The notes below the pieces were generated by a model. The model was not told the DNA's origin. It was given only the letters and a program-made list of their open reading frames with translations, and searched no databases. A stretch of DNA of 58,859 nucleotides, counting the filler, from Jimgerdemannia flammicorona (taxonomy: Eukaryota): NCBI GenBank assembly GCA_003990765.1. It is 3 parts of 3 records of this genome, joined end to end, with 100 filler letters (N's around TTAATTAATTAA, not from the genome) between each part and the next. Parts side by side here need not be neighbours in the genome. Positions count along the whole stretch, not along the records: positions 1 to 19,558 come from RBNJ01001912.1; positions 19,659 to 39,210 come from RBNJ01001913.1; 1 more part is not named here. One strand, written 5' to 3'. The translations under genes were made by a program, and so were the position numbers. Every line of letters begins with the position of its first letter. The first letter of the stretch is position 1. Shown here one piece after another: positions 11,001 through 21,646 of this stretch.

Positions 11001-14000
11001 GGAAGTGATTTCAATGCCCCAAGGGACCAAGAAAGTGAACAAGAAGACTCTTTCATTGGAGTTATTGGTGTCGAAGGTCTGGAAGAAAGCATTGATAGAG
11101 CCATTAATGCAAGGGCAGCACTTGAGTCTGCAGGACCATCTGCTCAACCACCATTACCACTGGTAGAAAATCAGATCATGCGAGCCTTTCGTCAAGGCAT
11201 ATGTGAATATTTTATCAGCTTCCACTCACCAAGAGATGATTGCAGCAATTGCCGAATCCTGGATCTCAAGAAGGTTCCAATGCCAGAAATTGATGATAAG
11301 GACAAATTGAAGCAAGCACCTTCCCACAGTCGAATACAACCTCCAACCCCGAAGACCTTCAAGAAGACCTATAAGGGAGGACAGAAGATCCTCGCCCACC
11401 AAACATTCAAGTCCCTTACTATCGAAAGAGAAAGAAACAGCTCTTACACTATCACCTGGGCCCTCCAGATCACACAGCCCACCTATGACAAGTATCGGAA
11501 GAGATTCCCTACCAGTAGGGAAGTCAAACAGCGAAATAAAGACTTTGTCAAGAAGGGACATTGTGATTGCAGAAAGACCTTTACCTGCCACTGGTATGAA
11601 CATCGAGATGTTCACCTCAGCAAAGATATCTACAAGAGCCGAGTCTAGAGAAAGGATTCCACTCTGCAAGAACCTCGAATTCACTGGGCCTGTTGGAAGT
11701 GCAAAGAAATCAACCATGAAGGAGATTGCAAGATCAAGAGCAAGACCTCTATCTGGGACCTACCATTGGAAGTTCTTGCCATCATTTACTGGTACTGTCG
11801 CCCTCATCAAGAAAAAGAAGGTATCAATCTTGCCTTCATCCTTATGGAAGCTCTGGACCCTCTAGGAAAGACTGGATTCAATTACACAAGAAACTCCAAG
11901 ACAGGAGCTCACTGGCCTTTCTTCAAACTGGAGTGCATGAACTTCTCACCTATAATGGCAACAGCTGAAGCACTATTTCTCAAAGCTGAACCAATTATCC
12001 AGGTCAAGCTGCTTTCACCCTGAGTACAGCCACCTCTTGCACAAATAGAAGGATCAGTTGGTTATAACCTCTGCCTCCCCTACCAAGCAAGAATCCAACC
12101 CAGAAGTACCAGGACTTTTGATCTACAGATCACACTTGCTATACCACCTGGGCATTATAGACAATTGGCCTCAAGATCCTCATTGGCAACCAAAGGAGTC
12201 ACAGTAGAAGGAGGAGTCATCAATCAGGACTACCGAGGTCTCTTGAAGGCCATTATCTGCAATTCTAGTAGAACCAGCTGATTCTTCAGCCCTATGGAAG
12301 CCATCTGCCAAATCCTATTTATCAAGACATCACAGCCGACTATCCAAGAGGTAGACCAACTAGAAAATACCAACAGAGGACAAGGAGGCTTTGGAAGCAC
12401 CAATAGAAATCTACGGACACTACCTATCGAGGTTCATTTAGCAACAGTTACTCAATTCTGACAAATGAGACCCCACATCTACCACCCAATCTGAGCAAGA
12501 GAAGACATCCTCCTGCAGCCCTACCAGCAAAAAGGCCTAAATGTGCACCTACCAGTAGAAGCAAACAACTTGATATTTGCACCATCACTGGAGCTTCAAA
12601 AGGAATGCTACATCCTCCTGGCTGAAGAACAAGTTCATGACCAGATATCACCGATCCACATCTCTATCAGAAACTTGGGCTTCAAAGTGATAACCATCCC
12701 CAAGGGAACAACACTGGGATATTTCGAACCACTGATAGACACCTATAAGGAAGAAGTCTTTGAATTCTTGGGAAATGGCAAGCCCTCTCCGGTGAGACTG
12801 ACGGTACCAGGGAGGAAGACTCAGCAAATTCAGCAATCAAAGCCATCAACATCGAGACAACTCTAACCAAGGACTAGCAACAACAGATACAGGAGTTGAT
12901 AGAGGAGTACAAAGATATATTTACCACCACATATGTATGATAACTTCCCACCATATCAATATGGAGAACACCCTATACATACTGGAGATGCAAGACCAAT
13001 CTGACAACAACCCTACCAAACTCCACATCATCTGATTGAATTTGAACAACAACACATAGATGAAATGCTATGAAATGGAGTCATCAGACCATCATCAAGC
13101 CCCTGGGCTTCACCAGCAATCATAGTACCAAAGAAAGGAGGATGGAGATTAGTCGTGGATTTCAGAAAACTCAACAAAGTCACCACAGAAGATGCCTACC
13201 CACTGCCAAGAATTGATGACCTCATCAATGCCCTTGGAAAAGCCAAATACATGACCACTACTGACCAGTTCCAAGGATTCCAAATAATACCCATTGCCAA
13301 AGGAGATATCTGCAAGATGGCCTTCATCACCAGATGAGGACAGTACGAATATCTACGAATGCCCTTTGGACTCTGCAATGCACCTGCCTCATTCCAACAA
13401 ATGATGAACTATGTCTACTGGGATCTCATTGGAAGAAATGTACTAATGTACATAGATGATGTAATCATCTACTCTGAGACATTCAAGCAGCATTTGCAAG
13501 ACCTCCGCAAAGTATTCAATACCATTCAAAATTCAGGACTCAGACTCAATGTCAAGAAGTGCTTCTTCGGAAAACATCAAGTCAAATATCTGAGATATGT
13601 TGTCTCAGCTCAAAGAATACATGCCGACCCCTGCAAGGTGGAGAAAGTCAAGAACTACCCAACCCTGACCTCAGCAAAGGAGACCCTATCTTTCCTTATG
13701 CTGGCATCCTACTATCGATAATTCATCCCAAGGTTTTCAGATAAGGCAGCACCTCTCCGAGATATCTCCAAGAAGGACCAACCATTCTACTGGAAAGAAG
13801 AACAACAAAAGTCATTCGACCTACTCAAGAAGGCCCTTACTGAAGCCCCTGTCCTGGTGTGACCAGACTTTGGCAAACCATTCATCCTGACAACTGATGC
13901 CTCAGCCTTAGGACTTGGATCAATTCTATCTCAGCAAGATGACCAGAAGAGGGAGTATGTTATCGAATATGCTAGCAAGGCCACAAATGAAACACAAGCA

Positions 14001-14309
14001 AACTATGGAGCCACTAAGTTGGAATGCCTAGCAGTAGTTTGGGCTGTGGACCACTTCTGACACTATCTCTTGGGAAAGAGATTTGCTCTCATCACTGACC
14101 ATTAAGCTCTACAATGGTTGTTCAACAAGCCGGAGCCCTCAGGAATCTTCACTAGATGGATCATGTCTCTGCAAGAATATCAGTTCACTATTGTCTACAA
14201 GAAAGGTGCTAAGAATTCCAATGTCGATACCCTGTCAAGAATCCCGTGAAACCAACAAGAAGGGAAGGAACCCCCACAAGAGAAGGCTGCTTCCCGCTCA
14301 CCCAAATGA
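8037..14309 (+). pseudogene. single-frame gag-protease-dUTPase-RT-RNase H polyprotein of element A (many in-frame stops)
   Basis: ORF fragments 10221, 10662, 11766, 12543, 13155 and 13359 share one frame. Capsid-like KFHGADNEDIKEFF at 8865; knuckle (C>Y)FNCGNQGHIQRNC ~9796; protease ILV(D>N)TGA; RT MPFGLCNAPASFQ..YIDD; RNase H LTTDASALGLG..KLECLAVVWAV. The start at 8037 is inferred (ATA from ATG). Confidence 0.9.
11990..12405 (+). pseudogene. dut: dUTPase domain of element A
   Basis: Motifs GSVGY(N)L, SRSSLA, GGVI(N)QDYRG, AICQ and RGQGGFGST, in the polyprotein frame. Confidence 0.9.
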
Positions 14310-15515
14310 ACCAAGAATTGCACCTCGCCCTCACCTGGAGTCTGCACCATAGAAGCTTCAAGAAAGGAATCCAACCAGCTCACAAGTTATTTATCCAAAG
14401 GAATTTCAAGAAATTCCAAGAAGGTGATGGCAAACTTTGGAGAGTAGAAGGAGAGCAGTACACCCGAGTTCCAAGAGAGGAAGAAATATTGAAGATCCTG
14501 ACAACAAATCATGACCAAAATGCATACTGAGAAATTGGCACCACTATTGCAAGAATCAAGAAGCAATACTGGTGGCCCAAGATGAGAAAACAAATTTCAA
14601 TGCACATTCAACAATGTGATACCTGCCAAAGATACTGACAAAAGCCTACTGACAAAGTACCATTAATACCGATTGCAGCACCAGCTGGAGCCTTTCAAAG
14701 ACTGGGAATAGATATTATTGGACCCCTACCAGTAACCAGCCGAGGAAGATGCTACATCCTCACTATCGAAGACCACCTGACAAAATGGTCTGAAGCCTTT
14801 GCCATTGAGACTGCTGATGCCCAGATAATTATTGGGATCCTGTATAATGAAATTTTCAGCTACCATGGTGTGCCCAAGGAAATCATTACAGACCAAGGCT
14901 GAGAATTCATCAACCAAGCCATGAAGACCTTTGCGAGCAACTTCAAGATCAAGCTACGACTAATAACAGCCTACTACCCATAGGCAAATGGACTCACTGA
15001 ACGAATGAACCAGACCATCAAGCGAGGTCTCAGTAGAACTGGAGATCAACTAAACTGGGATATCTATCTACCGGCAATTCTGTTCAGCATCCATACCTCT
15101 AAGGCAACCACTACCCAACAGACCCCCTTCTATTTGGTGTATACAAGATCCTACTAAACCAGTCCAGCTAGATCTGTCAAAACGAGTCACAGAAGAGATC
15201 ACCCGGTTATACAACATATGCCAGCAAGCATGAGGATTTATCACCAAGGCACAAGAATGACAAAAGAGGTACTACAACTGCAAAGCCAACCTCAAACCCC
15301 TGCTCATTGGACAAAAGGTTCTGGTGTACCATACCATCATAGAAGGAAATTGGAGTGCCAAGCTTGAACCAAAATGGGAAGGCCCCTATCTCATACACCA
15401 AGTATTCTCATACCACACTTATCAACTCAAGACCTTGGATGGAGTTATACTCAAGACCAAGATACACCATAACCGCATAAGACTCTACTACTCAAGAGAA
15501 GCAAAACACATTTGA
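14306..15515 (+). pseudogene. integrase of element A (HHCC zinc domain, rve core, GPY/F), separate ORF with its own ATG
   Basis: MNQELHL...; YWWPKM..CDTCQ; GIDIIGPLP; IITDQG; NGLTERMN; KLEPKWEGPY. In the -1 frame relative to RT-RH; one decay frameshift near 15147. Confidence 0.9.
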
Positions 15516-15830
15516 ACAATCCTGTTCACTCTGTCTGTGTCATCTCCACCGGAGATATGACAGATGTTTCATTTGGAACTCAAGAAAGCCAACAACATTG
15601 GAACCAGACTCAAGCCCATCCACATGACAGACATTGTTACTAAGAAATTGCCTCAGATTACAAGAAATACTATTTCCGATAGGTTCGAACCCCCAGCCGC
15701 AACTATGGGAGCCCTCGCCCTAGACAAGGATGGCCAGTCCTCACAAATGCGCTGACATTCTGCTCATCCCTGGAGTAAAGACCACCCAACCCTGTGTAAC
15801 CCTCACCACCAAGGACAGCTCTAATTTTGC

Positions 15831-15840
15831 AAGGGACAGA
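15831..15840 (+). other. polypurine tract of element A
   Basis: AAGGGACAGA directly before the 3' LTR TG. Confidence 0.65.
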
Positions 15841-18042
15841 TGTGACGTATGCAATTGACAATGGAGTACCAGTGACTGCTAAGATCAGATGACATAATGG
15901 CATGACAGTCGAATAGACAGCCTGACCCATTAGGTGATCACCCCAAAAGGAGCAATGATAATCCAAGCCAAAAGGAAGACTATGTTATTTAAAGAACCAT
16001 ACTCCACCTCAGGAATCAGTACCAAAGAACAAGTACCCACCACACAATGCCTCCAATCCACCACCCCAACCAGATCTCCTACTGCTCTTCCCCCTTGCCT
16101 GGCCCAAAGACTTTAATCCTTGAAGCAATCAAGAAGGCTATTTGGCACCTAGACACCTCTGAACATCTGAACTTCTACACCGAGGATCTTGGACACTTCA
16201 TCAATTACTGGTACATAATGACCCAACAGCTCAAAGATACCACTGAACAAATGACCCTCTGGCATGATTACGAAATTGGACACCACCTTCATAATGAAAC
16301 CCAAGAAGGTGACCAGGAAGACCTCATTGCCGAAATTTTAACCACCAGCTGGCTAATCAAGAGAGCCCTCCATATCCACCAAATCTTCTGCCATATTCCC
16401 TGGGCTATAGCACACTTACAAGGAGTGACTGCTGGAAGTCTTGCCCATCTCTCAACTGAAGATGCAGACTGGATAGAATCAGAAGTAGCCGGCTCTATTG
16501 GTAGTAACTGGGTCTCTATAGGAAGCCAACAAACCAAGCCCACTCAACCAGGCTTTCACACCACTCCACTCCGAGACAACCACCAAGGTCACCTAATGAG
16601 TCTCATGGAAATCTTCAAAGGACTACCCATTACCATTACAACACCTGTTGGAGCAACCCCAACTACTCACCACCCTGTCAGCTACAATTCGCACCTCATC
16701 ATTTGGGAACCAAATCAAGAAGTTCCAGAAGTCCCTACCAATACAGAAACTGGAGGATCTGAGGAAGAAGAAGAGGAGGAACAAAGAATCTACCAATTCT
16801 CTGGCTGCCTTCAAGCAGTCCAAGGGTTGGAGAATGTCATCGAAGATGATTGGCCACAATTCTACCCCCTCATCTCCTGGCCGGTGCTCCCACCCTTTGA
16901 AGAACGAAATGAAGAAGTCACAACCCAGCAAGATGATTGGTTCACTGACAAAGGGTACTTTACCATTCAGTGATCCAATGTCTGTTTCCTCAGTCCGGTT
17001 AGCCAATGTTTATCAGCAAGTCAGTAATATCTGTTTCCAGTAATATCACCCCCAACAACCAAATCCAGCACTGGCACTCGCCTTATCTCAATTCAGTGAT
17101 CTAACGTCCGTTTCCTCAGTCTGGTTAGCCAATGTTTGTCAGCAAGTCAGTAACATCCATTTTCAGCAATACCACCCACAACATCCATATCCAGTACTAG
17201 CACTCATCTTATCCCAATTCGGTGCAAACAACTGTTGCACCCATATTCAGCAATTAAACCACCACAACATAGTATACCTTAGCCCCCCTCCCCATAGCTA
17301 GCAAAATTGTATAAATAACCCTATATCTTAGAGTGAATAAACCTCAGTCAGTTTGTATTTAAAAGTAAAAAAAGGGATTACAGAGAAACCTCACTGCCTC
17401 CAAGAGACTGGATAAATTCTGAGAACAAGATAACTAGAGCAACAATCACTCGAGGTTTGAGTTAAAGAATTTTCTCTTGCCATGGAAAAATGTTCAAGAT
17501 TTGCTGCTAAGGAAAGCCACATGAAAAGCCATTCAGTTTAGTTTAAAGACCTGTCGCTAAGGAAAGCTGTATGAAAAAACTGTTCAGTTCAGTTTAAAGA
17601 CCCGCCGCTAAAGGAAAGCTGCACAAAAACCGCCAACCACCACCGAGATCCTGCCAACCCAACTGTCATGCATTCGGAACCAACTGCCATTCGAGGTTCA
17701 AGACCGCACATTCGAGACCCACCATTCAAGTGTTAAGACCCCAGCCAAGGAACTCAAGAATACTAGAACAAGACCGCCAGTGAACAATTGACTGCCAGAA
17801 CCCACCCTCAAGTTAAGAACGAACATTCGACTGAACCGTTGATCCAAATAATTCCCTACTGCACCACGAACTGTATACATTCAAGAAGTAATTTGCCCTG
17901 AGCCTCCATCATATGAATCAAATGCACCAATCACATGACTATCTACCCGTAACCATCACGAATGCACTTATATCCATCGCATGCACCAAGTGGCACATTG
18001 AGCTGTGCTTGAAGCAACTAGAGATACAAACCAGATGCCATA
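15841..18042 (+). repeat. 3' LTR of element A (~2202 bp)
   Basis: Starts TGTGACG and ends GCCATA (CA>TA); followed by TSD ATAT. Confidence 0.95.
16047..16973 (+). CDS. 308-aa open ORF inside the 3' LTR; unknown accessory protein with an acidic, disordered C-terminal half
   Basis: Uninterrupted ORF; segment KRALHIHQIF..AIAHLQGVT matches ORF3 of element B (AKRIHKLF..ALAHL*GVT). Confidence 0.7.
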   Translation: MPPIHHPNQISYCSSPLPGPKTLILEAIKKAIWHLDTSEHLNFYTEDLGHFINYWYIMTQQLKDTTEQMTLWHDYEIGHHLHNETQEGDQEDLIAEILTTSWLIKRALHIHQIFCHIPWAIAHLQGVTAGSLAHLSTEDADWIESEVAGSIGSNWVSIGSQQTKPTQPGFHTTPLRDNHQGHLMSLMEIFKGLPITITTPVGATPTTHHPVSYNSHLIIWEPNQEVPEVPTNTETGGSEEEEEEEQRIYQFSGCLQAVQGLENVIEDDWPQFYPLISWPVLPPFEERNEEVTTQQDDWFTDKGYFTIQ

Positions 18043-18300
18043 ATATATATTTCCAGGATGAGTTATGTTTAATTCTAGGTCAGGTTAAAGATGGGTAATA
18101 TATCTTTCTGGGTCAGGTTAAAGATGGGTGATGTACAATTCTGGGTCAGGTTAAAGACAGGTGACATATAATTCTGGGTCAGATAAAAGATGAGTGACAT
18201 ATAATTCTGGGTTAGGTTAAAGACAGGTGATGTCTAATTCTGAGTTGGCTGTTTTATGAGTCAGGTTTCAGGTTAATCAGATCAGGTTTGCAGAGTACTA
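18043..18300 (-). repeat. right subterminal repeats and terminus of the hAT element
   Basis: AATTCTGGGTCAGGTTAAAGAYRGGTGACATAT units are the reverse complement of the 55-430 array. Confidence 0.85.
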
Positions 18301-19558
18301 CTCATATCTAGTTACCTATATATTATCATATAGTGGTTGCTGAGTTCTTCAAATATGCCAGATTCTCTTTAAGATGTATCTCTTAGACTAACTCAAGTTT
18401 ATTATAAGCAAGTTCTTATTGGAGTGCCTTCCAAAGGTCTTATAGTCCTCAAACTTCTTATCTTTAACTATCTTGTTATCTCTTAGATTACTTGCAAGGA
18501 AGTGTATATATTGTACTGAGAAGACTGACTTTATTTCAGAGGAAATAAGAGGGGTATTTATACAAAATATAATTCAATAGTTTCTAAGATATAAAACTAA
18601 TATAAATTCCAATAACTAAAATAAAATGCCAGAACAGGAAAAACTGCTAAGTTTCAGGGTTGGCACTGATGGTTGTATAGATTCAGAATACTGGTATAAT
18701 TTGGTATCACATCAGAATACTGGTGCTGGTATTATTCAATATTACATCAGATACCAGTGCTGGAACAATTTCATATCACCTCAGAATGCTGGTGCTGACA
18801 TTATTCCATATTACAAGGGACTTAGAGCAAAATTTTCAAGATCATAGGGGCTTCATCCTTATCATCAGAGGTCAAGATATCTTCAAAGGAGATGAGATCT
18901 ATGAACATCTTATCAAGGTCACATAGATCATGTAGGATGACATCATCACCAATGATGTCATCATGTTTGACAGCAGAAAAATTAGGAATAAGGAGATCTG
19001 GAGCTCTCTAGTCTATAAGGTTCTCTTCTACAAAATAGGAAACAAATGTGAGGTCTTGGAGAGATCTAATCTGGATGCCCTTTATTACCGAATCTATAGT
19101 GTTTACAATATAAGTCACCCACCCAATCAACCAATGCCCCGGGGGCCCAACTCCCCTCCCTCAACCTTCCCTTGCCCAAGCACCACCCGATCACCCACAA
19201 CCTGGACCCTCCCACCACTCTTCTGGGAGATACACTGTACTAAACCCCTGCGGTACCCCCTGCCCACACCCCAATCCCACCACCAGCTATTCAAAATGTC
19301 CAACAGCAACCACTCCCACCGAGCCACCTTTTCACCAACCCCAACGCTACGCCCATTCTCAAATACATGCACCCAATGCCCCGCCAACCCAACCTACATA
19401 GCCAAGGCCCAGCCAAGGGTCAGCCACTCATCCCCAACCCCACCCACCAATCGCCGGCAAAGCACTCCCCATCTCCCCCCTCCCTCTCCACCCCCATCCC
19501 CCAACCCTAACCGATACATGATGCGCCCCCAGAACTCCTCCAAAACCTCACACTCACC

Positions 19559-19658
19559 NNNNNNNNNNNNNNNNNNNNNNNNNNNNNNNNNNNNNNNNNN
19601 NNTTAATTAATTAANNNNNNNNNNNNNNNNNNNNNNNNNNNNNNNNNNNNNNNNNNNN
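19559..19658. other. artificial contig spacer
   Basis: 100 nt of N with central TTAATTAATTAA (stops in all six frames). Confidence 0.98.
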
Positions 19659-19670
19659 TTTTATCAACAG

Positions 19671-21473
19671 AATCGTCCCAAGCAACTAACCCTCGTACAC
19701 ATGCGCACGCTCAAGATGTCGGACGACGTGCTTTGCGTCCGATATAGCCCCGACCAAAACCTCATCGCCGTCTCCCTCCTCGACGCGACCGTCAAGGTCT
19801 TCTACCACGATACGCTAAAGTTCTTCTTGTCACTATACGGTCACAAGGTGAACATCTGGCTCATTACAATATCATCTTTTCGTTTTCGTGGTCTTATTCC
19901 TGTAATAAAATATCAATTTATTATTCAAACGTCGGCCCTCCCCTCCTTAGCTCCCCGTCCTCTCCATGGACATTTCCTCGGACAGCACGCTCCTAGCCAC
20001 CAGCTCCGCGGACAAGAACGTTAAATTATGGGGTCTGGACTTCGGCGACTGCCACAAGTCCATCTTCGCGCATCAGGAGAGCGTCATGGCTGTTCAGTTC
20101 GTGTGGGGGACGCACTACTTCTTCACAGTGGGCAAGGACCGGGTTGTGAAGTACTGGGACGGAGATAAGGTATATTCTGTGGGCCGCCGTTTCTCAGGGT
20201 TGTGACACCATCTGATGACGATTTCCATGATGCCAATCGATCGCTGACCTTTTCCAAACCCTTCACTAATCACGCGCTATCAGTTTGAGAACATCATGAA
20301 GCTCGACGGTCATCATGGGGAGGTGTGGGCGCTCGCGATCGCCAAGCATGGGAGCTTTGTCGTTTCCGGGTCGCACGATCGGTCTATCCGGGTTTGGGAG
20401 CGAACAGAGGAGCAGGTATTATAGCGCGCTTGTATACATCAATGTTGAAGTCTCAAGCATCTCTCTACGACACCAGGCTATCACTCACTTACTCGCCTAA
20501 CCATATTGCATTCACCAGCTCTTCCTCGAGGAAGAACGTGAGAAGGAGCTGGAGGAGCTGTACGAAACCACGCTCTCGAACCAGCTGGAGAAGACAGATC
20601 TCCAGGACGGCGAGGGTACGGAAGTGGCGTCCGCGGGGAAGCAAACAATGGAGACGCTCAAGGCCGGCGAGCGGATCATGGAGGCACTGGACACGGGGGA
20701 CGAGGATAAGGGCGCGTGGGAGGATTATGAGCTGGTACATACTAATTGAAGGGGTTTCCTTCGTTATTATGGAATTTATGAAAAGGAGCCAAACACATAA
20801 ACTCTTCGATTCGAATCTCTACGACTGATCTATGGTAAGTTGACTGACGGATACCTATTCCACATCCCATCAGCTTAAATCGCGAGGGCTCAACCCCGCA
20901 CCACCACAGCGGAGCCCGATCCTAGCGGCCCTTGGCGACGTGCCGGCGGACAAGTATGTCCTGAACACGGTGGAGAAGATCAGGGCCAACGACCTCGAGG
21001 AGGCCTTGCTGGTGCTGCCGTTCAGCAAGGTCATCTCGTTAATCGGCTACGTGGACGCGTGGGCCAAGAAGGTGCGCTTGAATATTGGTCTGCGCCTCCT
21101 ACTCACATGCCAACGCAGTTACTAAAAAAATTCACTCATCGATCATTATACTGACTGACACTTTCCTTTCATTCCAACTCCCAAGGACTGGAACATCCTC
21201 CTGACATGCCGGATCCTCTTCTCGCTTCTCAAGACGCACCATCACCAAATCGTGTCGAACCGCATGATGCGGCCCATGCTGGACTCAATCCGGTTCCACC
21301 TACGTGAGCAGCTCAAGCGGCACAAGGACACGATGGGATACAACCTGGCGGCGTTGCGGTACATGAGACGAGACTGGGAGAACCGTAACCTGGCCGAGTT
21401 CTGGGACGAGGACACACAGAAGGAGAAGGAGAAGGACAGCGCAAAGAGAAAATTCGTCACAGTGACGGTGTAA
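19671..21473 (+). CDS. UTP12: U3 snoRNA-associated WD40 protein Utp12/Dip2 (WDR3), 3' part; exons ~19671-19847, 19951-20169, 20284-20415, 20519-20734, 20874-21071, 21186-21473
   Basis: [71 protein letters not shown]-terminal Utp12 domain [25 protein letters not shown] introns. Confidence 0.95.
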
Positions 21474-21646
21474 GGGAGGATGCCCTTTTTTTTTTTTAGA
21501 AGGCAATTAGATACTATATTTAAAATTGGTGTGGTTTGCTAATAAACTAAACTGCATGCCCCAAACAAGTAAACAAGAACGCAACTCGGAGTTCTTCAGC
21601 TATACAAATCCTTCTTATTCACCCCCGAAATTATTCCTATTACGCT

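Larger units (their letters stand above)
5776..18042 (+). mobile_element. Ty3/Gypsy LTR retrotransposon A (dUTPase-encoding, 2.2-kb LTRs), full length but inactivated
   Basis: Paired LTRs, PBS, PPT and 4-bp TSD ATAT (5772-5775 / 18043-18046); domain order gag-PR-dUTPase-RT-RH-IN. Confidence 0.95.
20..18300 (+). mobile_element. hAT-superfamily DNA transposon (decayed), interrupted by Ty3/Gypsy element A
   Basis: Begins TAGTG at 20 and ends ...GTACTA at 18300 (degenerate TIRs). Flanks CTCAAATT (12-19) and CTCATATC (18301-18308) match 6/8, as expected for a decayed 8-bp hAT TSD. Mirror-image ~37-bp subterminal repeat arrays at both ends; internal hAT transposase relic. Confidence 0.8.

Noticed and set aside
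16047..16973. LTR ORF or B ORF3 as a retroviral envelope gene
   Set aside because: No signal peptide, furin site or transmembrane helix visible.
18936..18963. Short palindrome ATGACATCAT-CACCA-ATGATGTCAT
   Set aside because: Single 10-bp stem in unclassified repeat-like DNA, with nothing to tie it to a function.
18963..19558. 215-aa Pro-rich ORF running into the gap
   Set aside because: C-rich low-complexity contig end with no recognisable domain; may be low-quality terminal sequence.
19559..19658. TTAATTAATTAA palindrome in N runs (also 39211-39310) and the apparent neighbourhood of the transposons with KU80/RAV1
   Set aside because: Artificial six-frame-stop spacer; contig lengths (19558, 19552, 19549) look size-sorted, so there is no real linkage.
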